Below are positions 1 to 9,488 of a stretch of 42,568 nucleotides of DNA, in pieces (within the stretch, counting starts at the first letter, position 1; each line of letters begins with the position of its first letter). Under the pieces are notes generated by a model. The model ran no database searches, had not been told where the DNA came from, and saw only the letters and a list, made by a program, of their open reading frames with translations. A program made the translations under genes and the position numbers. Source of the DNA: Candidatus Heimdallarchaeota archaeon (GTDB lineage: Archaea; Asgardarchaeota; Heimdallarchaeia; Heimdallarchaeales; Heimdallarchaeaceae). Location of the stretch: contig JABCTC010000029.1 of assembly GCA_018238545.1 (NCBI GenBank), positions 1 to 42,568 of the forward strand. The letters run 5' to 3'.

Positions 1-1254
1 GAAGTGCTTATCGTACTTGGGATATTGATATCATATCTCATTACAAAGGAACCAATATACTTTCTAGAAATGGAAAATTATATTCTGTCAGTTTTTCTAG
101 TTGCTGGAATAGTTCTAGCGCAGATATTTAGTACAATAAGTATATCGATTTCATCATCTTTGCAAAATGGAAGATTCTATGCAATTATTGTCATAATGAG
201 AGTTTTATTACAGCTTCCCTTTGGAATACTTTTTGTCTTATATTTCAATTGGGGAGTATTCGGACTAATCGCTAGTTTAGCAATTTCAGAAATAAGTGTA
301 GCAATATTCAGCGCTTATGTGATCATTAGAGATATAGGGATAGGAAAATTCTCATTTAAGGAAGTAAAGAAAATTGTTGAATTTGCTTTCCCTATTTATG
401 TAACCGGACTTTTGTGGTTTGGATTTGATTTAGCTATATTGTTATATGTAGACTATGTTGATCAAATTTCAGGAACAGAAACAATTGCTCTTTACAGATA
501 TGGAGCATTGACGATTGTAAATATAATTCTTATAGCTGGAAATGTATTTAGAATGGCTTATGGACCAATAATTTATAGAAATTTTGAAAAGGGAGAATTC
601 AAGTTCATGGAAGACTTCACGAACCAAATTCTAAAGATTTTCTTGATATTCTTTTTCCCATTAGCAGTAATTTTATTTGCATTTTCTCCTCTATTAATAC
701 CATTCTTTACATTGTCCGATTATCTTACTAGTATTCCTGTTATTCCTCTTTTATTAGCATCAGTATTATTTCAATATATACAAGGTCTAGTAGCTTATGG
801 AAATACGCTCTATTTTAAGAATTATTGGAATTTAATAGTTGGGGCTATAAGTTTTATATTAGCGGCTTTAGCAGCATATTTCATAATCCCTTACAATGGG
901 TTAATAGGGATAGGTGTAGCATATCTAGTAAGGAAATTCATGTACTTTCTAGGTATGTTGATTGTATCCCAAAAATATTTCAAAATACATTATCCAAAAA
1001 TGATGCTCGTAGCATTGATTGCTGTGATGATTACATCAGCTGGTATGGGGGCTATTTTCTACTATTTTGTGTTTAATTTCTTATTATATACAACAAATAT
1101 TATCATTTCATTTTCTTTGAGTGTAGTGATATTTTTATTGTTAGTAGTTATCTTCAGAATACTGAAAAAAGATGATATAAGATTTATTTATAATATTTTC
1201 AAGGATTATCTACAAAACATAAGGGTAAAAGAAAAAGGAAAAAGTGAATTATAG
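1..1254 (+). CDS. Oligosaccharide flippase / polysaccharide export protein (Wzx/MOP family), 5'-truncated
   Basis: Frame is open from base 1. About 11 hydrophobic segments with Wzx-like spacing (NWGVFGLIASLAISE, KIVEFAFP, LIIPYNGLIGIGVAY-type helix). Lies next to a glycosylation locus. Confidence 0.8.
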   Translation, partial: EVLIVLGILISYLITKEPIYFLEMENYILSVFLVAGIVLAQIFSTISISISSSLQNGRFYAIIVIMRVLLQLPFGILFVLYFNWGVFGLIASLAISEISVAIFSAYVIIRDIGIGKFSFKEVKKIVEFAFPIYVTGLLWFGFDLAILLYVDYVDQISGTETIALYRYGALTIVNIILIAGNVFRMAYGPIIYRNFEKGEFKFMEDFTNQILKIFLIFFFPLAVILFAFSPLLIPFFTLSDYLTSIPVIPLLLASVLFQYIQGLVAYGNTLYFKNYWNLIVGAISFILAALAAYFIIPYNGLIGIGVAYLVRKFMYFLGMLIVSQKYFKIHYPKMMLVALIAVMITSAGMGAIFYYFVFNFLLYTTNIIISFSLSVVIFLLLVVIFRILKKDDIRFIYNIFKDYLQNIRVKEKGKSEL

Positions 1255-2181
1255 TTTAAGTTGTATGTTGCTAGTAAGGTATCTCACGTGTTCTCTTAAT
1301 GTTGTACTAGGTATTTGGCACAATCGGGAAATTTCCTCTTTAGTTAAAATATCAGCTCTACTAAATCTTTGACCTACTAGACTTGAAGCGAGGTATATGC
1401 AAGATACACTGTAAGTAGAAGGTTTTCGTCCATTTGATTTAATTTGACTCAATTTCAAAGCTAACCTCTCGATAGTGGTCAGTAACTTCTCATCTTTGAG
1501 ATCATCCATAGGATCGATTTCCTTCAATTTTTTTCTAAAAACAGGATGAGAACGAAGTTTGGCCATATACTTAGGTACGAACTCTTCAGCTGAACTGGCT
1601 TTATAATTCATATTATTTTCAAGAATGTAATCTCTCACTGCTTTCGCAGATAGTTTACAATTATGTTCTTTGAAAATTTTAACAACATCAGAAATGGAGG
1701 TGGCATGTCCTCTATTCTTCATATATTTGATTGTAAGAGCACAAGCTATCAAAAATATGTTATTTACTTTTAGGTTAGAGCGCTTAACATCGTTATATAT
1801 TTTGTTTAACTCAAACATGAGTTCATTCTTTTGATTCTCAGATAAACCAATTCTTGTTAAGATCCCTAGCAGCCTGCTTTTATTTTCTTGAATAGCATCG
1901 TAGACAGAGTGTTCTGCATTCCACATTCGTCGATATGAATCTCGGTTCAATCCTGCTGGAGCTTCAAAAAATCTAAAGTAAGTTGATTTACCTCTTCTAC
2001 TCTCAGGAGAGCCCATACGACTTGAATTAGTTGATCTTTCAATGAAATGTGTACCTTCATAAATTTTATCCTTAACCACACCACAATTTCGGCATACAAC
2101 ATCTGATCTAGTTTCAACTAGGGTTGCTTTACCACATTCCTCGCAAACAATTTCATCTTCAATAACTAATGTTTCTGACAT
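1249..2181 (-). CDS. Divergent transcription initiation factor TFB/TFIIB-like protein
   Basis: N-terminal Zn ribbon CEECG...VCRNCGVV, B-reader-like SRMGSP, second cyclin repeat GRKPSTYSVSCIYLA and HTH TKEEISRLCQIPSTTLREH. Confidence 0.8.
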   Translation of the reverse strand: MSETLVIEDEIVCEECGKATLVETRSDVVCRNCGVVKDKIYEGTHFIERSTNSSRMGSPESRRGKSTYFRFFEAPAGLNRDSYRRMWNAEHSVYDAIQENKSRLLGILTRIGLSENQKNELMFELNKIYNDVKRSNLKVNNIFLIACALTIKYMKNRGHATSISDVVKIFKEHNCKLSAKAVRDYILENNMNYKASSAEEFVPKYMAKLRSHPVFRKKLKEIDPMDDLKDEKLLTTIERLALKLSQIKSNGRKPSTYSVSCIYLASSLVGQRFSRADILTKEEISRLCQIPSTTLREHVRYLTSNIQLKL

Positions 2182-2555
2182 ATTCTTTCTACTATAACTT
2201 TCGAAAACGACCTATTTAATATACACAGACGGTTAATTGAAAGTGAAAATATACCTATCACAGAGCGATGTTTTAGGTGTCTCTAAGTATTATTTCCAAT
2301 CACTTTCAATACTTTCAGTTATCGTATATCTCTGTACAATATCTGGGTACATATGTCCCTGAATCTACCTCACTTCTTTTTTTCCATCCAATAATCACAT
2401 TCAGTTCTGATAAGAAGATTTTTATTTTCTACTCTCTTATTTTATATGTGAAAAATAAGGACTTTTCTCTTCTTCCTCTTAGAAAAATCTCGCGGGATTA
2501 TTCAATCTTTAAGAATCCACTAAAATTATGGTCTTTTATTTTCTATAAATTATGC

Positions 2556-4313
2556 ATGTTAACAGATAATTTTGATTATTTTTCTTCTGTTTTTTATGCT
2601 TCTTCCTTAAACAGATTATCTCTCGATTTTTCTGATGGCAGTGAACTAGACTTTGAAATAGATGTACAATTCTCTTTGGATGAAGAACTCTCTTCTACTC
2701 ATATTACTCCATTTCATCTCTCATTTATTGATTATTCTCAAGAGGTTCTAAAGAGCAAAGGTCAATTTTACACTCCTATTTACATCGCGAAATTTATCGC
2801 AGAAACATCACTTAGTTACTTATTAACTGACCATACAATCGAGGAATTATCTCAATCTTCTATAGCAGATATAGCCTGCGGTACTGGTAATCTTCTTATT
2901 CCATACTTATATGCTCTCAAAGATTTATTTTTTCAAGAAAGTAATCTTGTTGAAAATGATCTCTTGAATGTCATCTCTTCTAATTTATTTGGTTTTGATT
3001 TAGATCCTATAGCTCTATGTATTTGTAAACTAAGAATACTTTTTTTCTATTGTACTATTTCTTCATCAAACCATCTTCCAAAACTTGACAAGAATTTTCA
3101 GTTAGGGAATTCACTTCTTGATTATGAGTTAAGTCATTCGAGCAATATTGACTATTTTGCTCAACCAATCGATCTAATCAACAAAAGAGATTCTCCTTTA
3201 AATTTCAATCTTATACTCAGTAATCCCCCATATATGTGCTATGGATTAAGAAATGCTCAGAATTTTCATGATGAGTATAAAACTTTTCTTAGAGATCGGT
3301 ATTCATCTTCAGAATACAAGCTCAGCCTTTATCCAATCTTCATTGAACGAGCTTTAGAATTACTCCAAGAAAATGGCTTACTGGGCATAATAACACCTGA
3401 TTCATTTCTTCTAGGTAGGTATTATTCTAAAATCCGTTCATATATTCTAAAACATTCAATAATTCAAGAGATATCGATGCTTGGTTTTGAACCTTTTAAA
3501 ACTGCTACTGTTGGTATACCAACGATAAGTTTTCTGAAGAAAAAAACAATCATCAATCCATTAGATCCCAATCTAGCATTTGTAGCATCATGGTTTGAAA
3601 ACATGAATGACTTTCTTAAACAATCCAAGAAATTTCTTTCTAATTTTCAATCTGATTTTCAATATAATGACCATCATAGATTTTTCTTATTTTTCAGTGA
3701 AAAAGATAAAAATACTGTAAAAGAATGGAATAAGAAATCTGAAATTCGGCTAGAAGATATTGCAACTATTCACACAGGAATCAGAAGTAAAATAGGTCAA
3801 AAGAACATAATTGCTGTTAAGAAGCTTGGAATAAGCTGGGCTAAAGGAATAACATCTAGTAGCCAAGTAAAACCTTTTTGTGTAGATTATAGAGATCATT
3901 GGATTAACATTAATCCATCAAACTTGTGGTCTGGAGGCTATAATAAAGACATTATCAAGAATCCAAAAATCTTCATAAGACAAACTGGTTTCAATGTTAT
4001 TACAGCTGTTGATGTAGATGGTTACTATCATCTTAATAATGTTCATTCTCTTTCCCTAAAAACTGATGAGCTTAACATTTATGCGCTATCAACAATACTT
4101 AATTCATCAGATTTCAATGAAATTTATCAAATATTAAGCATTGAAAAGAGTCGAGCTTTAGCTCAAGTTGATATAGATTTTCTCTTAAAAATTAAACTAC
4201 CGATTATTAATCAAACAGCAACCAAAAAGCTAGAAGAATTCTATCTGAAACAGAACTCTTCATGTAACCAGACTAAACAAAATAAGAAGTATAGATTAAA
4301 GAATATCATTTGA
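2556..4313 (+). CDS. N6-adenine DNA methyltransferase (gamma class, TaqI/Eco57I-like) with C-terminal target-recognition domain
   Basis: GQFYTP (motif X), DIACGTGNLL (motif I), GFDLD, GNSL, SNPPY (motif IV) and a TaqI_C-like PKIFIRQT. The ORF track starts at 2277 (GTG), but the first 93 codons are low complexity, so ATG 2556 is preferred. Confidence 0.85.
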   Translation: MLTDNFDYFSSVFYASSLNRLSLDFSDGSELDFEIDVQFSLDEELSSTHITPFHLSFIDYSQEVLKSKGQFYTPIYIAKFIAETSLSYLLTDHTIEELSQSSIADIACGTGNLLIPYLYALKDLFFQESNLVENDLLNVISSNLFGFDLDPIALCICKLRILFFYCTISSSNHLPKLDKNFQLGNSLLDYELSHSSNIDYFAQPIDLINKRDSPLNFNLILSNPPYMCYGLRNAQNFHDEYKTFLRDRYSSSEYKLSLYPIFIERALELLQENGLLGIITPDSFLLGRYYSKIRSYILKHSIIQEISMLGFEPFKTATVGIPTISFLKKKTIINPLDPNLAFVASWFENMNDFLKQSKKFLSNFQSDFQYNDHHRFFLFFSEKDKNTVKEWNKKSEIRLEDIATIHTGIRSKIGQKNIIAVKKLGISWAKGITSSSQVKPFCVDYRDHWININPSNLWSGGYNKDIIKNPKIFIRQTGFNVITAVDVDGYYHLNNVHSLSLKTDELNIYALSTILNSSDFNEIYQILSIEKSRALAQVDIDFLLKIKLPIINQTATKKLEEFYLKQNSSCNQTKQNKKYRLKNII

Positions 4314-4465
4314 TTCCATTTGGGATATTGTGGATTAACAGATTTGAAGATTCTTTCAGCTTCCATCTTAACTTCAATTCTTTTTTAAGTATGTTATATT
4401 AAGGAATCAAAGCTTACATAACAAATAAATAGTAATTGATTGAGTGTTGAACATAGGTTAATATC

Positions 4466-4969
4466 ATGAGATTTATTTCAAAGGCATCTCGGTCTTTAAA
4501 ACGCAAGCTTTATCATTCTCAAATAAGAAAAGCTGCTAAAGAAGTGGGAGAGAATCTAACAGTAAATTACGAATCTAGGGTTAATAAGAATACTATTCTG
4601 GGTAACAATGTAAACTTCAACGGATTAGTTATTGCAGGAGATGGGGAGGTTGTCATTGGTGATAATTTCCATTCAGGTTCAGGGGTCCTTTTTCTAACTT
4701 CAAACCATAATTATGAAGGAACAAAAATCCCCTATGATGAAACATATATCAGAAAAAAAATAATCATTGAAGATAATGTCTGGATTGGTGAGAGATGTAT
4801 TGTTTTAGGAGGAGTAACCATTGGAGAAGGTGCTATCATTCAAGCTGGGAGTGTAGTTGTAAAAGACATTCCATCCTGTGGTATAGCTGGAGGTCATCCC
4901 GCTAAAACCTTCATGTACAGGGATAAAGATCACTATTATAAGCTTAAAAAAGAGAAAAAATTCCATTAG
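4466..4969 (+). CDS. Hexapeptide-repeat (LbH) sugar O-acetyltransferase
   Basis: [43 protein letters not shown]. Confidence 0.9.
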   Translation: MRFISKASRSLKRKLYHSQIRKAAKEVGENLTVNYESRVNKNTILGNNVNFNGLVIAGDGEVVIGDNFHSGSGVLFLTSNHNYEGTKIPYDETYIRKKIIIEDNVWIGERCIVLGGVTIGEGAIIQAGSVVVKDIPSCGIAGGHPAKTFMYRDKDHYYKLKKEKKFH

Positions 4970-5015
4970 AAGTGCTTGTTACTAATAGTTCAAAATCACA
5001 ATAGGAAGAGCGACA

Positions 5016-6461
5016 TCATATTTTATTTATAATTTTATTAAGTTCTTCCTTGATATTATTTATTGAATTGGCCTTGAAAAATAATTCTGCATCAAATCGT
5101 TCAGCACTTTTATTTGAAAGTACATTAACTAGTTCTTCTGGTTTACTTACCTTTGTAACAATTCCAGATTGGATGAGATGCTCCACATAGTCTATCCCAG
5201 TTAAATTAACAAGGAATGTTCTCATTTGGAAGCTTAATCCTTCATAAATTGCCGTGGAATAAACACCTACTAGAACTTCTGATTCAGCAAATAAATGATA
5301 AAGGTTTACTCCCTGATGATCCACCACTTCAATATTACTATGCATTAGCCAAGGATAGTTTTCTTTCCATGAAAATACTTCAAATGGATGAAGTTTGTAA
5401 ATTATTCTATAATCGAAATTCCTAATTTGACTAAGTTCTACTGCAAATTTTGAGAGCTTTAATCCAATTGTTTTTTGAGAAATAAATAGAATTTGTTTCT
5501 TTTTCTTCACAGCTTGATATCGTTGTTTTCTTATCTCCAATTCAGGAAATCCAACATTGACTAATTTTTCTTTAGTTATAGGATAGCTAACAACTTCTTT
5601 CCAGTATTTTCCAAAAGTGAAAAGATAATCAGGAAAGTTACTCTTTTTAGCAGAATCTTTTTCATAAGAATATCCTACATGATATCTAGTCATAACGCCA
5701 TGTTGAAGCTCAATTACAGGGATCATATTTAGTTTACAAACTTCGATGAAATCTTCTTTTCCATAACTACAAACGATAATTGCTGCTTTTGGTTTAATCT
5801 TATTGATAAGTTTTTGATAGTAGGGCATAACTCTTTTTCTTGTGGTTAAATTATGATACACAATGTATTCCAGATCAATAAAACATCCAAATTGTGACCT
5901 TATTTCTGCTGAAATATTCTTTAGGTATTGCTTTTCTTCATCACTCATTTTAACTCTAGATCGTCTGAAGTATTTCTTTAAATCAACTAATAAATCTAGA
6001 TAAGTTAGATAGACCATATTTTCTGTTTTGACTGGTTTACGATATTTAAGAAAGATATCTTTTTCAAATAAAATAGTTGAATAATTGATTTCCTTTTCTA
6101 AATGGTCTGTATAAATATCCCACCAATAACCATCTTCTTGTTTTTTTCTTCTAGAGTTACTGAAAAGGATAATATCATGCTCCTTGACAAGAAAAGGATT
6201 CCTTCGTATTCGAAGTATAGCTACAAGATAATTGTGAAATTTCAAGTAATAATTTATTAGTTTGAAATCTTTTTTCTTTATTACCTTATCTTCAACTTCT
6301 GCAAAATAAATCCTTTTTTGTAAAATAAGTCTGAAAATTTGGAACCTTATTCTTTCCCAGAATAACACATTAGCTATTTTCTTGGAGAAAAGATTTTTAT
6401 CTTCTTCAAATTGTATGAATTTTTCGTACAGATTTTTAAGAGATAAATCAGACTTTTTCAT
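5016..6461 (-). CDS. GT-B fold polysaccharide biosynthesis protein (sialyltransferase / CDP-glycerol transferase-like)
   Basis: ELQHG, PDYLFTFG, ILFISQ, YKLHP and YSTAIYEG motifs. HP and S-T-x-x-x-E motifs are typical of CMP/CDP-donor GT-B enzymes. Confidence 0.6.
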   Translation of the reverse strand: MKKSDLSLKNLYEKFIQFEEDKNLFSKKIANVLFWERIRFQIFRLILQKRIYFAEVEDKVIKKKDFKLINYYLKFHNYLVAILRIRRNPFLVKEHDIILFSNSRRKKQEDGYWWDIYTDHLEKEINYSTILFEKDIFLKYRKPVKTENMVYLTYLDLLVDLKKYFRRSRVKMSDEEKQYLKNISAEIRSQFGCFIDLEYIVYHNLTTRKRVMPYYQKLINKIKPKAAIIVCSYGKEDFIEVCKLNMIPVIELQHGVMTRYHVGYSYEKDSAKKSNFPDYLFTFGKYWKEVVSYPITKEKLVNVGFPELEIRKQRYQAVKKKKQILFISQKTIGLKLSKFAVELSQIRNFDYRIIYKLHPFEVFSWKENYPWLMHSNIEVVDHQGVNLYHLFAESEVLVGVYSTAIYEGLSFQMRTFLVNLTGIDYVEHLIQSGIVTKVSKPEELVNVLSNKSAERFDAELFFKANSINNIKEELNKIINKI

Positions 6462-6607
6462 TAGAACATCTTCTACACTAAATTACAGATTATTAATATT
6501 TCTGTCCAGAAATTTTTCAAAATTTTGCACTTGTAATAACGAGAATTAAGTACAGGAATTGGTATAAATCCTAGCTACTGAGTTGGGAGGAGTTTGAAAC
6601 CAAACAT

Positions 6608-7543
6608 TCACTTTGAATTGTCTAACTGTGATTTGTACCAATCAATTGTCTCTTTCAAACCCTGTTTAAAGGAGTATTTAGCTTGAAAACCAAATTTTTC
6701 TTTAGCTAATGAAACATCTGCACATCTTCTTGGTTGTCCATTTGGTTTTGTAGTATCATATTCCATTTCTCCTTTGAATTCCGTTAACTCAACAATATAA
6801 GATACGAGCTCTTTGATGGTTGTTTCTTCAGGTGTCCCAATATTTACAGGGAAACTCTCATTGTATCTCTTTGTAGCCATTACTACTGCTCTTGCTGCAT
6901 CTTTCACGTAGAGAAAACTCCTTGATGGAGATCCATCTCCCCAAACAATTAATTTTTCATCTTCAAAACATTTTTTTATTAATGCTGGGATGACATGAGA
7001 GGTTGCAGGATCAAAATTATCACCAGGTCCAAATAGATTGAAGATAATCAAAGGAATACTGTTGAAATTATATTGAGTTCTATATGATTCAGAACCAGCC
7101 ATAAAAAGTCGTTTTGCTATTCCATATGGCGCATTAGTTTCTTCTGGATAACCATCCCATATTTCTGATTCCTTCAAAGGAATTTTCCCAAATTTAGGAT
7201 ACGAGCAAGCTGTCCCAATTGTAACAAGTTTTTCAATATTAGCCCTGTAAGCTTCCTCCATCATTAAAATAGCCATAATAGCGTTATCATAAAAGGTTGT
7301 TGCAGGAAGTCGTTGAATTCCCCCTATACCAGATACTGTACCAGCTGCATGAATCACAATATCTACATTTTTTAGAACTGTTTTCACATTTTCTCTAAAT
7401 CTAAGGTCATATTTTGATATATCAGGTATTATTATCTCTTCAGGTGATTCCTTTTTTAATTCTTTTAGAATATGCTGACCAAAAAATCCGTTTCCACCTG
7501 TTAGAAGGATTCTTTTTCCTTCTAATGAAGTTTCATCTTTCAA
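6608..7543 (-). CDS. fcl: GDP-L-fucose synthase-family epimerase/reductase (Fcl/ColC)
   Basis: TGGNGFFG, GTACSYPK, PEETNAPYGIAK (YxxxK), NLFGPGDNFD, SHVIPALIKK, WGDGSPSRSFLY, KPNGQPRR. The TTG start overlaps the upstream stop codon. Confidence 0.9.
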   Translation of the reverse strand: MKDETSLEGKRILLTGGNGFFGQHILKELKKESPEEIIIPDISKYDLRFRENVKTVLKNVDIVIHAAGTVSGIGGIQRLPATTFYDNAIMAILMMEEAYRANIEKLVTIGTACSYPKFGKIPLKESEIWDGYPEETNAPYGIAKRLFMAGSESYRTQYNFNSIPLIIFNLFGPGDNFDPATSHVIPALIKKCFEDEKLIVWGDGSPSRSFLYVKDAARAVVMATKRYNESFPVNIGTPEETTIKELVSYIVELTEFKGEMEYDTTKPNGQPRRCADVSLAKEKFGFQAKYSFKQGLKETIDWYKSQLDNSK

Positions 7544-8235
7544 TTTTTATCCACCTTTTTCAGGAATTTTTTACCAATGAATATTTCTCTAATTAATACT
7601 TTAATGTAGCTAAAACCTACAGAAAACGAACCTGCTTTGGAATACCCACCGATTCTATCTCCTTCATGTGTTGGGATTTCTTTTATTCTGTATTTTAATT
7701 TCCCTGCTCTTGAAGTCATTTGGAATTCTATTTCAAATTTTGAAGGAGGTAAATTTAATTGCTTATATTTGTCACGTTTAATTGCTCTAAATCCGTTCAC
7801 TGCATCAGTAACCTTAGCTCTGAAAAACAAATTAACTACAAAAGTAAACAAATTATTTCCGAACCGTCTAAACCATGTAGCATCCTCACTTTCTCCACCT
7901 TTACCAAAACGTGTTGCAATGACTAAATCATAATTATCTAGTTCAGAGAGTAGTTTTGGAATATCTGCAGGATTTTCATTTCCATCAGGACTAAAGAAAA
8001 GAATATTTTCTCCTTTAGTTATATCAACTCCTTCCACAAATGCAGCTCCTCTACCTGGTATCTTTTGAAGATATACATTATGTCCTTTATCTTTCCAAAA
8101 CTCTATTGTACCGTCAGTACTGTTTCCATCAATTACATAAACCTCATCAAAAAGTTCAAATGGAATCTTGTCATACAATGCTTTTGATCCATCAATTTCA
8201 TTGTAAGTTAGAATTAGTAAGGTGTTTATTGTCAT
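7540..8235 (-). CDS. GT2 glycosyltransferase, DPM1/GtrB-like (polyprenol-phosphate glycosyltransferase)
   Basis: LTYNE, IDGNSTDGT, GRGAA, FSPDGNENP (variant DxD), DLVIATRF, RRFGN, TDAVNGFRA, FEIE. Confidence 0.85.
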   Translation of the reverse strand: MTINTLLILTYNEIDGSKALYDKIPFELFDEVYVIDGNSTDGTIEFWKDKGHNVYLQKIPGRGAAFVEGVDITKGENILFFSPDGNENPADIPKLLSELDNYDLVIATRFGKGGESEDATWFRRFGNNLFTFVVNLFFRAKVTDAVNGFRAIKRDKYKQLNLPPSKFEIEFQMTSRAGKLKYRIKEIPTHEGDRIGGYSKAGSFSVGFSYIKVLIREIFIGKKFLKKVDKN

Positions 8236-8336
8236 TATGAGAAGTTTTCCGTTAAATACTTTTTATCTATTTCTATTAATTAGTTTAAGAATCATAAAAG
8301 ACTAATATCTTTAAATATTGAAGCATGTAAAACAAG

Positions 8337-9476
8337 TTGATGCTGAATTTATTCATATTTGTTTCTAGCTTTGGTTTCGGGCATTTAACTCGAACCATAG
8401 CACTAGTTAGAGACATTATGGAAAAATCTGAAAAGGTAAGTATCCATTTTATTGGTCCCACTGAACATTGCGACTTTTTTATACAAAGTTTGAAAACTAG
8501 TAATAAAGAAATAATTAATCGCGTTAAAATAAAGAAATTTCAAACAGATCTAGGTTTACATTACAACAAATATTCATTAGAACCAGACATTAATAAATCC
8601 CTCGCTAATGCATTTGAGTTCTATGTTAAACAAAAAGGTAAGAAAGTTGAAGAACTAAAGAAAATAGTTGGTAATTATTCAAATTCCATTATATACTCGG
8701 ATATATCACCCTTAGCATTTGATTTGGCTGAAGAATTGAATTTGTTTTCAATAGCTGCATCAAACTTTGATTGGTATTCTGTTTTTGCTAATTTGGACAT
8801 TAAAGACTCAGAATCTGAAGAGATACAACAAAAAATCTCAAAAAGTCTATATGAATCATATAGAAAATCAGATGTCCTAATCAGGTTTCCACTCTCAGAT
8901 TTGGAAAGTTTCATTCCATTAGGAAGAAAGAAGATTTTAGATGTGGGATTCTTCGCAAGAAAAAAAACGATAACAAAAGATGAATTTCAACGAAGATTCA
9001 AAATTCCAAGAAACTACTCAACTGCGTATATCTCTTATGGGATGAACATATCACTGGATTTAGAGAAACTGGATTCATTGCTTAAACAGAATCCTTCTTT
9101 GCCAGTTCATTTCTTCACTTCTAATATCAATGGTTCTAAGAGTGATATTCCAAGTATTCCTTCAGATGAAACTGAAAGCCAAAATTGGATTGGAAATAGT
9201 GATTTCTTCATAGGAAAACCAGGTTGGGGTTCTCTGAGTGAATGTATTATAAATGAAGTTAAGATGTTACTTATTCCAATTAAATCTAATGTTGAATCTC
9301 AAATTCTCCTTCAAAATACACTTAAATTAGGAGGAACAAAAATTCTATCACAAGAAGAATTTCAAGAGATGGATTGGGTTAATGAATTGGATAATATTAT
9401 GATTCCAAAGTATAAAGATAACATTGATAAATCAGGTGCAAATACAATCACCAATTATATCTTAGACCTTATTTAG
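8337..9476 (+). CDS. GT-B glycosyltransferase (GT1/GT28-like; resembles the arabinokinase N-terminal GT domain)
   Basis: SSFGFGHLTR, YSDISPLAF, SNFDW, FIGKPGWGSLSEC. Confidence 0.75.
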   Translation: MMLNLFIFVSSFGFGHLTRTIALVRDIMEKSEKVSIHFIGPTEHCDFFIQSLKTSNKEIINRVKIKKFQTDLGLHYNKYSLEPDINKSLANAFEFYVKQKGKKVEELKKIVGNYSNSIIYSDISPLAFDLAEELNLFSIAASNFDWYSVFANLDIKDSESEEIQQKISKSLYESYRKSDVLIRFPLSDLESFIPLGRKKILDVGFFARKKTITKDEFQRRFKIPRNYSTAYISYGMNISLDLEKLDSLLKQNPSLPVHFFTSNINGSKSDIPSIPSDETESQNWIGNSDFFIGKPGWGSLSECIINEVKMLLIPIKSNVESQILLQNTLKLGGTKILSQEEFQEMDWVNELDNIMIPKYKDNIDKSGANTITNYILDLI

Positions 9477-9488
9477 GAGCTTAAGAAG

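Noticed and set aside
2277-2555. 93-aa N-terminal extension of MTase 1
   Set aside because: Low-complexity F/S/I/L-rich translation of AT-rich DNA, more likely the divergent promoter region.
4240-4390. Short minus-strand frame (MEAERIFKSVNPQYPKWNQ...) near the MTase 1 3' end
   Set aside because: About 41 codons, overlaps the MTase, and has no recognisable homology, so it cannot be supported.
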